From positions 124,001-188,000 of the forward strand of contig QPMI01000163.1 in assembly GCA_004431415.1 (NCBI GenBank): a DNA stretch of 64,000 nucleotides, in the 5' to 3' direction. Below, piece after piece: positions 23,892 through 35,819 of this stretch; position 1 is the stretch's first letter, and the number at the start of each line of letters is the position of its first letter. The notes beneath the pieces are model-generated. The model did no database searches. It saw only the letters and a program-made list of their open reading frames with translations, and was not told the DNA's origin. The translations under genes and the position numbers were made by a program. The stretch is from Cyanophora paradoxa CCMP329. Lineage: Eukaryota; Plantae; Glaucophyta.

Positions 23892-25977
23892 CTAGAACTG
23901 GCCGCGGTTGCGGATGCGGGAGAGGGACTTGCAGAAGGGCGGGCGCGCTTGGGCGAGCCAGGTCATCATGTCGCGGATGACGCCCGGCTTGTGCGAGATC
24001 CGTTTCCGGTGCCGCACCAGCGTCTGCCCCCGCCCGTCACGCCCCGGCCCCCTCGAGGCCGGCGACTCGTGGTCGCCGGGCGCCGGCGCGATACCTTGTC
24101 GATCTGCCACGGGCGCGCGGGGTAAGCGGGGTCCGGTAAGACGGAAGCTAGACGCTGAGAAGGCGGGGGCCGCCGGCCGGGCGTGTGCGCACGATGGCGA
24201 TGCGGTTGAAGAGGCAGCTCTCCGTGTTCTGCGGGTGCCGGCCCCGCACGTCTGGGCGGGCGCGCAGGGCGCAGGGCGGGCTGGCGGGGCGCACGTCGTA
24301 GCCGTATCCCTGTGCACCACATCCGCGGGCGCACATTGGTACTGCACAGAACAGCACGGGCGGGGCGTGCGCACCCAGTAGTTGTAGTCGGCATGGATGA
24401 CGTGCCGCCAGAACTGCTTGCCGCTCGCGGGCCGGTCCAAGGGCGGGCGGGCGGGCGGCAGGGGCGGGGCGGGCGGCGCGCCTGGACCCACGCGTCGCGC
24501 TGGAAGACGGGCACCATGATCTGCGCACTCTCAGGGGCGTAAAGGCGCAGGCATACGGCCCTCGGCCCCGAGCCCGCCGCGCGGACCTCGACGAAATCCG
24601 TCCACCTGCGGACGTGCGCCGCTCAGCGGGGCGCGGGGGGCGGGCGGAGCCCAGGAGGGGGCGGCGCACCGTCCGGTGTAGTTCGGGTGCTGCTGCGCGA
24701 GCGTGATCGGGTGGGTAATGAAGCTGTCCCGCGTCAGCGCCGGCTGCGCCAGCTGGATGCTGCGCCCCCCGGCCCTCACGACCGACCTGCACGCACGGGG
24801 CGCAGGGCGGGGGCGGGGCGGCGGAGGGCGGGCGGACTTGTGCGCGCGCATGGCGGCGAGGAAGGCGGCCGGGTCGAAGTCCGTCACCTCCAGGTCGTCG
24901 TCCCTGCGCCCGCCCCGTCGCCCCCCGCGGGGCGCGCGCGGGGGGCAACGGCCGGGCTTGCCACACGAAGACGAACTCGTACCTGGAGGGCCGGGACGTC
25001 AAGGGCGGGCGGAGCGAGCGGGGACGGGGAGAAGCTCACGGGGCGGTGAACTCGGGCGTCAAGAAGCGCTGCGCCCACCACCTGCCCCGGCCCGCGCTGA
25101 GGGCGCACGGGCGCGCAGCGTGCACGCAGGCGAACCACTTCAGCTGGCCCCGGGCCCGCACGCTGATGACCTTGGGGTACCAGTCGAACTCCTGTTCCCT
25201 GAGCATGAGCGACGCCCCCGGGGGTCCCTGTGCGGGGGCAGACAACAGCAGAAGTACCTCCCATGAGCTGTTGTCGTGCTGGAGCAGCACGAAGGTGTAG
25301 TTCTCGAAGCCGAACTTCCGGACCATCGCGTCCACGAAGGGCTTCCCGAACTGGCCCACCGTGATGGCGACAAGACTCTTCGAGCTTGGGGGCACCACCC
25401 CACCGAACTCCTGCGCCCGGCGCGGCGTGTCAGGCGCGCGTCGCGTGCACCGCTGCGCCGGCGCGCTCAATTCATGCGAGCCCGCGTACATAGCCGCGCT
25501 GCCGGCCTTTGTCGGGATGACAGTGCGTTGCTTGAGCATCCAATGTGATCATCCGATCTCGCGCGTCTCGCAGCGCTTGGCCGAGACGTCGGTTCAGATT
25601 GCGGACCTCCTCCAGTTGCCTGCCCGGCGAAGTGAACGGGGTAACGCGTCCCGAGATGGCAGAGACTTTACGCACCGTGATAGCAAAGATTCCCGTTCAG
25701 CGCATGCGAGCGCCGCCGGATCGCTCTGCGCGGCGATCGCTTTGTCTGATTCGACGAGAGCCTTGTCCGCCGCAGCCAGCGCCAAGGAAGTTGGAGAGTC
25801 GGGAATCGAAGATGCCGCTGTCAGCTCGTGTTGGCTGCGCCGCCCCCCCGGCGCGTGCGCCGAGACAGCAGCGCCGGGCGGCTGCGACGCGTAAACCACG
25901 ACAGCAACGGCGGAGGCGACCGCCAAACAAGCGACGGTGAGCAAAAGGCGTTTAAAGCGCCGGCGAGAGTACGCCAT
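23892..25977 (-). CDS. DUF707-family type II membrane protein (putative glycosyltransferase-like)
   Basis: N-terminal TM. Motifs LVAITVG...VDAMVRKF, EFDW...GQLKWWWAQRFLTPE, YEFVFVWDDDL, IQLAQPAL and FVEIMVPVFQRDAW. Confidence 0.85.
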
Positions 25978-26749
25978 GACGCCGCAAAGGCGGCCTTGAT
26001 CGAGGGCGCGAGGAGTTTCCTGCGGGCGGTTCGGGCGGAAGCTGGCCAAACAGCAAAGCGCTGGAGAATGCACCGCAATTCGTTGCGTGCGATGCCCGTG
26101 CAGATCGAGCGCGAGCTCTCAAACTGCGGAAACTAACCGGTAGCCCCCCCGCGGCAGGCGCCAGCCGACGTCGCGACCCTAGGCCTGGCGCGCGCGCGCC
26201 GGGCCCCGCCAGGCGCCAGCGTACGCGTACGCGTACGCATGTTCTCGCTTTAGCAAGAGCACCGCGTTACAGGAATCAGAAGTCGAAAATTAACAGGGCG
26301 AGCGCTAGCTAGAATGCAGTGACCAGCTACGGGCGAGCCCTGCGGTGGCGTGGCGATCGTCCGACTAGTACTGTCGGATGGTCAAATCTGATCCCGGAGC
26401 GCCGACCCCGCGCCGAGCGGAGCGCATGCGCATGCTGCAGCTGCAGCTGGCGAGGTAACCAGGCCGGCCGCGCGTTGCAACTGTGCTAACTAGCCAGCGT
26501 CGCCGGTAGAGATGCCGTACGCTGCAGGTGCAGAGCAGCTCCGGATGTGCATGCACCGGCCGTCGATATTTTGACCACGCGTACGGCCGCCAGCTCCAGC
26601 AGCAGGCGTCGACGTTCGCAGGCCACCAACTGCAGCAGGCCGCCAGGCTTCGGGAGGCAGCGAGTGAAGCACAAAACCGCTGCCAGACTGCATGGAAGTC
26701 ATGAGCGAAAACGCAGCGCAATGCGTGTGAACGCGACGGCAGTGATGCG

Positions 26750-27439
26750 CACTTGCAATGCCAGCTCGGACGCGTGGCAGCGCAGCTGGATCAGGGCTTA
26801 GTGATGCATGGGCCGAGACGTCAGCGCTGCGATGAGCTTCTGTCGCAGCGCCGGCGAGAGGAAGCTGCGAGCCGAAGGGCGCGTGTTAGCGGATCAGGGC
26901 GAAGCGGCCGCGGGCAGAGAGGCGCGCGCGACTGGGACGATAACGCACAACAGGCCGCCCAGCAAACAACAGTTGAGTGCTGTTGCTCCGTGGTAAACGA
27001 CCATGAACCTGCGTTACGGTTGTCGGCGAACGAGTCTGCGCACGGCGAGGGGCCTCGAACTCTTTCTGCGCGATGGGGCGTGATTGGCGGGTGCATGTGA
27101 CGCTCGCGCTTGAGAGAACAGCGCACCTTCGACCGCTTGTGCTTGAACTGCTGTTGCGCGAAGTAGCCGCCGGCCCACCTAGGCGCCACTCAGTCGGATG
27201 CGCCAGAAGCGCCCATCAGCAGTTACCCGCCCACGACCGCCGTCGTGTGCAAAACACGCTCCGGAACACGCCAGCCTCCTCGAATGGCCTGCTGCTTGTC
27301 GTAACTTCTAGAGGTCAGCTGGCAGCGCGACGCTCCGCTGGGCGCGGGCGCGCGCGCGGACGCACTAGAAGAGGCCGACAGTCCCTGCGTTCACTGCGAG
27401 CGCGTACGCCAGCATCAGCTTTGTGACCGCGGTGTTCAT
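26750..27439 (-). CDS. DUF1294 (YsdA-like) small membrane protein; 3' end approximate
   Basis: Spliced sequence YALAVNAGTVGLFYYDKQQAIRGGWRVPERVLHTTAVVGGWAGGYFAQQQFKHKRSKKEF matches the DK..A....WR.PE..LH....GGW.G.......HK..K signature. It is absent from the ORF track as a single ORF. Confidence 0.8.
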
Positions 27440-27774
27440 GGTTTGGTGGATCGACTGCAGATTGAATGCTGACTCGGCGGGAGTTGATTGCACCCCTCAA
27501 GCACTCAGCGCCCCTCGTGCGTAAGATGACCATCGCGCTTATTTGGCAGATCTCCAGTGTTTCTATGACGCGCCGCCTGCAGTGTGCATGTGCGGATGGC
27601 GCGCTTGCAGCGTAGAAAGTTGCCGACAATCCCAGCGAGGGCGGACGCGAACCATAAACCGCGCTACATTATGCAGGAAAAAGGACAAAACTTCATCGAT
27701 TGTACAGGACGGCAGCATAGGAGGCTGGCAAGCTGCCTAAGGACACAGCGAGCCGCTCCTACTATGAAGTCTGC

Positions 27775-28295
27775 TTAGTCATCGCACGACTTCTTCCAGG
27801 TGGGGCTGCGAGACGAGCGGATTAGAACGAGAATGCAGGGCGCGAAATGGAAACAGTCGCTCACGGGAAGGGGCCGTAGCGCTTCGACGGGGGAACGTCG
27901 AACGAGCCAACGCCGACCTGCCGAGCGCGCCGTCGGCCAACGCGGCCAAGCGAAAGGGCAGAGAGCGTGGTCAGACCTGCTTCTCCTTCTTCTCGCCGCC
28001 CTTGGCAGCCGAGAGGAAGACCTGCGAAGGTTGATTAGATTATCTTCAATCACCCGATAGAGGCCACGCCTGACGGCGGCGCGCTGAAAATGCACTTTCT
28101 ATGAGGTTTAAATACCATTCTAGACAAGCTGAACCGGCCAGGCGGGCCGCCGCGTGTGAAACCAGGGCCGGCGGTTTGGGCGGGTCGGCGACGAACCTGG
28201 GTGCCGAACCACGAGGCCTTGGCCGGAGCCGCGGCGAGCTTGGCGCCGGCGACCGGGAACAGGGGGGCAGCCGAGGGGAGAGCGAACGAGGCCAT
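27775..28295 (-). CDS. Very small putative plastid-targeted protein (about 75 aa precursor)
   Basis: MASFALPSAAPLFPVAGAKLAAAPAKASWFGTQ (transit-peptide-like), then short GT-AG-bounded exons RAAVRRGLYR / VFLSAAKGGEKKEKQ / VGVGSFDVPPSKRYGPS. The frame of the last exon is uncertain. Confidence 0.55.
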
Positions 28296-28795
28296 GTCTT
28301 CTTTTCTCCGAGACGAGTGTCGAGCGAGGGTACCCGTAGCCGACCAGATCCGGTACCCCGCCGCTCATCCCCCCACCTCGATCAACCACAGTGCCGCACG
28401 GCGCCGGCGCCTCTCTGATATCTAGCAGCTGCGATTCGAATTCTAGACTGCGAACTGCCTGTCTTATTGATGCGAAACGGAAGCACTACTAACCATTGAA
28501 CTGCCGGCGCCCATGCAGTACCAGTCTGCCGCAGTGCGCGCAGCGCCGTATACGTAGGCCTGGCCGGGGTGCTTTACGCGCGCGGCCGTACACATGCGTG
28601 TCTGCTGGCGCTTCCGCAATCCCGGATGCGCTCGCCCGGCCGCGGCGCCCAATTGCAAATTTCGAAGCGCCTGCACGGATCGGACGCGTGGGCTCGGGTA
28701 ATGGCTGGTGTATAGCTGTACACACGGTGCAGGTACAAATGGAGAGCTGTCCTACTACGAGCTGCGGAACCCGCAGCGCATGTACACGCGCGCGC

Positions 28796-31700
28796 TCACT
28801 GGACGGCGCCGCCGGGGACGGGGTCGACGGGGTGCTCGCAGAAGTAGTAGGTGTTGGCGAGGGTCGGCGGCGGCCCGACGCGGGCGGGGGAGTCGGCGCG
28901 GAGCGGAGCGAAGAAGGGGTGGTCGAGGAGAGCGGCGGGGCTCGGGCCCGGGGCGTCGGGCACGGCGGCGCCGGCGGCGAGGTCGGCGATGCGGAGCGGG
29001 GAGGCGACCTCGTCGAGGAAGGAGAGGAGGGCCTGGGGCGGCTGCCCGATGGTCATCCGGTGCCGCTCCAGCAGGCGGTACATCGACGCCGCGAAGTAGC
29101 GGAGGTCGTAGGAGGACGAGGGGAGGCGCGCCGGCGCCTGGTGGCCCCGGATGATGTCCGCCGAGAGCTCCCCGTCCGCCTTGAGCACGCGCGACGAGGA
29201 GGCCGCGAAGCCGCCGATCTTGACGAGCGGCGCCCGGTGCAGGTCCACCACGAACGAGCGCTGCGCCGTCGCCGTGTAGTAGCCGCCGCCGGCGACGCCC
29301 GAGCAGACGTTGTAGTACAGGAAGCGCTTCTCCGCGGGGTCCGACGAGTAGTCCGCGTAGTCGTTCCCGGGCGCCCTCATCCGCGCCTCTTCCAGCCGCC
29401 GCGCGAAGCCGCTCGACAGGCACACCGCTGCCGCGAGACGGGCGCGTGAGCGGGGCGGGGGCGGGGGGCGGGGCGCGGGGCGGACAGAGGTTCATGGGGC
29501 TGAGGTCGTTGTGGCGGAAGTCGAAGGTGGCGCCGTTGAAGGAGACGCTCTGCGCCGCGTTGATCGCCGTCACCACCTGCAGGCAGATCCCCCGCATCAT
29601 CTCCTCCACCACGTCCGGCCGGTTCTGCGCACCGCGGCGCGGGCCCGTCAGAGGGGGGCGAGGCGGAGCGGCGGGGAAGCGGGGGGGGGGGGGGAAGCGG
29701 GGGGGGGGGGGGGGGAGCGGGGGCGCGCCTGGAGCGGGTGCATCTTGACGAAGTCGTGGAGCTGGTAGTCGGTGGTCTCGACGACTGCGACGACGCGCAC
29801 GCGCTCCGCCCCATTCTCGGCGATCACGCCCGACTTGAGGGTCACGCTGCGCCCGCCCGCGCCGGTGCCGCGTCGGCCCGCGGCACCGCGGCACCATCCG
29901 GGGGGCGGCGCACAAGTCGAAGGTGCGGAGGAAGTTGGGGGTGGCCTGGCGGGCGACGTTGAGGCCGCGGTCGAGGCTGGCGGCGATGCGGCAGGCGCCG
30001 TAGTGCAGCGGCGCCACCTCCAGGTCGCACTCGAAGCCGACCACCTCCGCGTTTTGCCCCCGCCACTTGCCCTCCTCGTACATCCCGTCCGCCCCCGCGC
30101 ACACCTTGCGCGCGTAATCTGCGGGAACTGCTTCACGAACTGCGGACTCCACGAACTGCGGGACGGGAACTGCACCTTGCACCGGGTACTCCACGAACTG
30201 CGGGGTGGGGCGGGGCGGGCCGGTTGGCAGGGCGGGGCGAGGCGGGCGGGGCGCCCCGGGGGGCGGGCGGGCGCGGACCCGGCCGAAGTAGCCGAAGAAC
30301 TCCTCGCGGCTGGCAACGAGGGTGAAGTCGGGCGAGTCGAACACGCGCATGCCCACGCCGCGCGTGATCGCCCCCGGCCTGCGCCCCGCGCCGTGAGCGC
30401 CTGAAGTCGAGGCGGAGGCGAGTGCGTGTGGGCGCACCGCTGGCTCTCGCCCTTGCGGGCGTTGAGGAGTGCGACGGCGGCGCGCTTGCCCTCATCGGTC
30501 TCGAGCACGCGGGCCTTCTCGGGGGCGGCCCAGAGGAAGAGGTATCCCGCCGTGGCGTCGGCGTCCATCGCGTACCCCATCGAGAGCACGTCGCTGCCGC
30601 CGGCGTCAGGACGGGTGGAGGGGGAGGGCGGGGGGGCGGGCGGTGGGGCACTTGTGGCGGGCGAAGCGGTCGCGGAAGGGCATCATCTCGCTCGAGCGGG
30701 GCACGAAGACGTTGAACTGGCGGTGCAGCGAGGGCAGCTCCACCGTGTGCGAGAAGACGAAGTTCGCCAGCTGCGCGCGCCCGCGTCGGCGACCGGTCGG
30801 GCGTGCGCGGGGGGAGGGGACAGGGGGCGGGCACCTCCTCGGGGCGGAGGGCGCGGGGCATGTCGGCGACGGGGACGCGGACGGGGGCCTCGCGCTTCTG
30901 GGGCGCGGGGGCGCGCTTGGGGAGGCAGGAGCGGGAGAAGCCGGCCCAGAAGTTGCGGAGGCAGTCGAGGAGGTAGAAGAAGGCGGCGATGCCGGCGAGG
31001 ACGAGGGCGCCGAACGCCGCGTCGAAGTACGAGGTCCCGCCCCGCGCGTACACCAGCACCAGCGCCACCATCGCCACCTCGCTGCCCGGCCGGGCGGTCG
31101 GGGGCCGGCGGCCCGAGCAGCGGGGGCGGGGCGGGGCGGGGCGGGGCGGGGCGGACCAGACGTTGCCGATGGAGACGAAGATGCGCTCGACGGTGTCGGC
31201 GAAGACGCCGCCGAGGACGGTGTAGAGGGCGCGCAGGGCCACGATGGTCAGGATGACGGCCGCCTGCACCACGCCGGCCGAGGCGGGGCCCACGGGGCGC
31301 GCGAGGAAGGCCAGGGTCGCCGCCAGCAGCGCCTTCTCGATCAGCAGCACGGGGATGTAGAGGTAGCCCGACGACCTGCGCAGAGGCTCGGCTCGGCGCA
31401 GGGCGAGGGGCGCGGGGCACGGGCGTACGTGAACGACTCGAAGAAGAGGTAGTTCTGCGGGGTGGTGCGCAGGAGGTTCAGGGCGCCGATGGGGCGGGGC
31501 GGCGGGGTACGGGGCACCTTGGCGAAGAAGTCGCGGCCGGAGGAGGTGTCCTTCGGGAGCCAGCCGCCCTCGAAGGCGGCCTGCTTCTCCGCGTCGAAGC
31601 CGAAGGAGTCGGAGCGGGGCCCGCCGAAGGGCAGCAGGCTCTCCTTCTTGGGGCTCGCGAAGGCGCGGTGGGCCTGCTCGAAGACGGCGAGGCGGTGGCC

Positions 31701-33777
31701 GCCGATGCCCGAGGTGAAGCGGCCGAGGAAGGCGAGCGGGTAGACGAGGACGAAGAGGGCGAGGAGGATCCAGACGACGACGAGGACGGCGAGCTTGGCG
31801 GAGAAGCCGCCGAGGCGCTGCCTGAAGCTGACGAGCTCGGTGACCGCGAAGGCGACGTTGAGGACGAGGCCGGCGTAGATGAAGACGAGCGCGGCGCCCT
31901 CGGCCTGGCGCGAGGCGACGTACGCCGGCGTCGGGCTGCGGCGCGTGTCCGTGAAGGCCCGCCACGCCCCGTAGAGCACGAAGTGCGCGAGGGCGACGGC
32001 GACGAAGAGGAAGAGGGAGACCCAGATGTTGCCGTCGTACAGCTCCATGTCCCGCGGCGTCTGCCCCTCCATCCACACCAGGTCCGCCCTGCCGCACCGC
32101 CCCCGCCCGGCGTCGGCGGGCGGACTTCGGGGCGGCGTACGGGCCGGGGGCCGGGGTGGCGACGCACGACGGGGTGCGCGGGAAGGGGAAGATGGGCGAC
32201 TGGACCTTAGGCCAGGGCACCGCGATGTTGCAGATCGCCCAGCGGATGCCGCGCACGAAGGTGACGAACTGCGCGGGCGGGCAGGGTCGGTTGGCGGGGA
32301 GGCGGCGGGGGGCGGGGCGGGGCGGGGCGGACGTAGTCGGGGAAGTCAATTCGTAGGAAGGCGAAGTAGGCGAGGAGCTGGAGTAGAGAGACGACGCCCA
32401 TGGTCCAGCCGCTCCGCGAGCCCAGCACCGTCCCCAGCAGCGAGAGCGCCACGCAGACCACCACCACGACAGTCACGACGGTCACCGCGACGCTCGCGCG
32501 CGGCTCGGGCTCCACGACGAGGTGGATCGCGGTGTTGAGCTCGCCCGAGACCTCCCGCGTGAACTCGTACTTCCCGATCCCGAGCCGCGACACGTACGTC
32601 GTCGCCGCCGCGGGGCTCGCGATGAGCGCCGGGGCCGAAAACCCGGGGGTCTGGGCCCAGAGGTACGTGGCAGCCTGAAGGAGGCCCGGTGAACCAGTGG
32701 GCAGCTGCAGTGAACGCGACGGACGGGGTACGCACGAGATTCTCCGAAGCTTGGTTTACGAAGCGGACGGGGGTGTAGCTGAAGGGGATGGCGATCTCGC
32801 TCTTGGCGACGCTGCCGCCCGGAGCAGAAGAGCGAGCATTGACCGTCGTCGTGTCCACGGAGGCGATCTGCATGCTGCTGACGTCCACGGTGATCTGGTC
32901 AAACACCGCCTTGTTCTTGCCGTTCTCGTCGACGCCGTAGATCTACGTGAAAGGAAGCTCAGATAATCGCGTTCGACGAAGCGAAGAGAGGAGGGAAACA
33001 GGCGTACCACGTCGCACTCGAAGACGTACTTTCCGACGCCCAGGTTGAAGAGCGTGAGCGTCGAGCGGTCACTTAGAAACTGAGGGATGGTCTTCTCGGG
33101 GTTGACCGGCGGACCCGACAGCTACGTGAACGGGAAGAGAGCGTCGTTAGGTGCAAGAAGACGCGGAAAGCTTCATCAGCGGCGCTCCCACAGCGTGCTG
33201 TGCACCTGGTACCACTCGTAGCGGAGGCCGGCTTGCGTGCTCATCGAGCCCGAGAGTTCCGACTGAATGTTGACCACGGAGGACGTCTCCGGGTACTTCA
33301 GCTGCATGGCCCCCGGCAGGGTGACCTTCAATCCATCGATGCTCTTGGACTCGAGCAGCGACCGGCCTGCTCGGAATCGTGAGCGATCCAGCCCTGGAGG
33401 TGAATCTCCCTAACCACGCCGCTAGGCGCCCTAGGCGTCGCTAGGCCCGGACGCTTCAGAACCCCGGCCGTTGCTAGCCGCCGAGCGGTGCGGCGTGCGG
33501 GAACTGCGGGAACGCAAAGCCCACTTTGTTAACTTCAAAAAGCTCACTTTGCGACGCCTCGCTTGCGGTCACTGCGGTCGTTCGCCGGTCAGAAGCTGCA
33601 AGGAGGATGCGCGGGATGTACTCGGCGCACCGGTCGCTGTTAGACCTAGCAGCAGGAATGCCGCACAGGCGACCAGCACGCGAGTCTGCGAAGTGCAGCG
33701 GATCGAGCGGTCAGCGTATATACATATTCGCCGGAGCGGCCTCCGACATCCGAGCTTCTCCCTCGGCGAACCTGCAT
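28796..33777 (-). CDS. Receptor-like protein: signal peptide + two PKD/KIAA0319-type repeats + TRP/FLC-like multi-TM region + C-terminal pseudokinase
   Basis: Signal MQTRVLVACAAFLLLGLTA. Repeats YEWYQLSGP...LTLFNLGVGKYVF and YLWAQTPG...VSRLGIGKYEF. About 8 hydrophobic helices. Kinase-like FRHNDLSPMN, LVKIGGF, YDLRYF and LLDHPFF. Confidence 0.75.
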
Positions 33778-33893
33778 CGCGGCTGGCGTGTCCGGGGCCT
33801 TGTTCCGGCACAGTCCGGGACTGGGCTTCTTCCGAATGCGTACCCCGCAAGTCAACTTCTTAGTTTCTTCTAAGCCGCTTCTTCTGTCTGCGA

Positions 33894-35404
33894 ATGGCAG
33901 AGGGGAAGCGCGCGTCGGCCCTGGCCGAGCTCGAGTTGCGCTACGCGGCGGGCGCGTCTCCGAAGCCAGGCGGCGCATCGCCCGCTGCAGCCAAAGGCTC
34001 GGCGAAGAAGAGCAGCGAGAAGAAGAGAAAACAGCGCGAGGTCGCGGACGAGATTGACCCCGACGGTGCTCGCGATCCCCGCGACAGCTCGCTCGTCGTG
34101 CTGCGCTGATCCATCATGCAGACCCGCTATACCAGCGCCTGGACGTGCCACTCGACCCTCCAGCACCGCCTCCAGCGGCAGACTCGCAGGCCGGAGACGT
34201 GGTTGCGACGCTGGTCAGGAGCGTGGCGGGCCCGAGCGCTGCACGGGGCCGGCAATTCGAAAATGCCGTCCAACAGAAGCTGAGCGAGACGAGCACGCTG
34301 TTGCTGGACAACCCTAAGCAGGATCTATCGCTGCAGGACCTTCGCAAACGAAAGGCAGCAATGCAGGTGCCACCTTCCCCACGACCCTGCGGCTGCATCT
34401 GATCCCTAGCAGGCCCAGCGCGTGAAGCGTGTCAGTGCAAAGCAGCAGCGGAAGCTAAAGGTATACGACATCCCGGAGGAGTCGAAGAAGTGCGTCTTCA
34501 GTGCTTAGCTAGACGCTTTTTGTTTGGCCTCGCTAGATGAAGTCCCCTTTCCCCTCCCCACCGACGCGCGTTGAGGGGTGGCGCCGTCATTGGCGCCACC
34601 GCGAAAGTTCGCGTCGTAGACCGAAGTAGCCGCTGGTACCCGCGCTGGAGTCTGCTGATGAAGGTTGCGGTCAAAAGCGACCATACATTGTCCCGCTCTT
34701 TTCTGCTAGCACTTTCCTGCCGTCCGGAAGCGCATTTGTGCGGCGATACCTAACGCCGATCGACAGGTACGAGCTGTACGTGCCTCTGCACCACCTCTGG
34801 ACGAAGTACATCGGGGATGTGCTCGGGCCAGGGCCGCCGTCCGGGTCAGCGCGGTTTGCAGGCCGAGCCCCTCGCCTGAGCTCACGGCCTCGCAGGCCGC
34901 AGGCGCTGAACTCGCTTCTCAAGGCCGACTTCCACGGTTGCCGCATGCGAGGCACGGGCCCTGGCAGCACCCGCACCTGCCGGGAGGGCGCGCTGACTCT
35001 GCCCGCCGCAGTCGTGAAGAGCAAGTGCCCGTCGCTTGTCGGGATCGAGGGGATCATGCTGCAGGAGACGGAGCACACGTTCCGCATCATCACCCCCGCC
35101 GATCGCATTGCCGGTGCCCCCCGCCCCGCCCGCCTTCCCTTCGGAGCCTCCGGCGCCGACGCCCTTCCGCCGCGCAGTCGTGCCCAAGGTGGCGTCCGTG
35201 TTTGCCGTCCGGCTCTCCCCCACCCACGAGGCGCTCCTCTACGGCGTGGTCCGCCCCGCCCGCCACGCCGCCCACACAGCCGGCGGCCTGCCTGCGGCCC
35301 GCCGCGCGCTCACGCCGGCGCCATGGCGCCCGCAGCACCTTCGGCACCGTACCGCGGAGCGTTCGGTGAAGAAGTTCAAGAACAAGGTCACCGTGGACTT
35401 GTAA
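33894..35404 (+). CDS. POP4: RNase P/MRP subunit POP4/Rpp29
   Basis: YELYVPLHHLWTKYI, LLKADFHGC, VVKSKCPSLVGIEGIMLQETEHTFRII, VVPK and RTAERSVKKFK. Confidence 0.93.
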
Positions 35405-35819
35405 GCAGCATGCAGCGCAGCTGGCTGCCCTTGCCTGCCGTTCTCTCTAGATGGCTACTTTTATCTAGATGTTGTGAATTCATGTACAGTCCGGCTTCGA
35501 CGGTTTCAGGATACATGTACAAATCTGTGGCGCAGCGCTTGCCGCAGCCGCCGCGCCGCGCTGGGCGCCGGCGCTTGCGCGTCCCTGAAGCAAGCGTAAG
35601 CGTTCAACAGCTGCAGATCTCCTCGACGTCGCGCCCGTTGATGCGGCGCGGTGCGTATGCGGCTGCTTTTTCACTGCATATGCATGATGCCCCTTGTTTT
35701 CGAGAGGGCGTGTGGGGGGGGATACAGGTTCCTTTGCAGCATCCACAGGGTCGCGCGGTACCGGTCGCATCCACAGCTAGCACGCGCCGGCGCCGGCGCG
35801 CGACGGGCTCGACAGCAAG

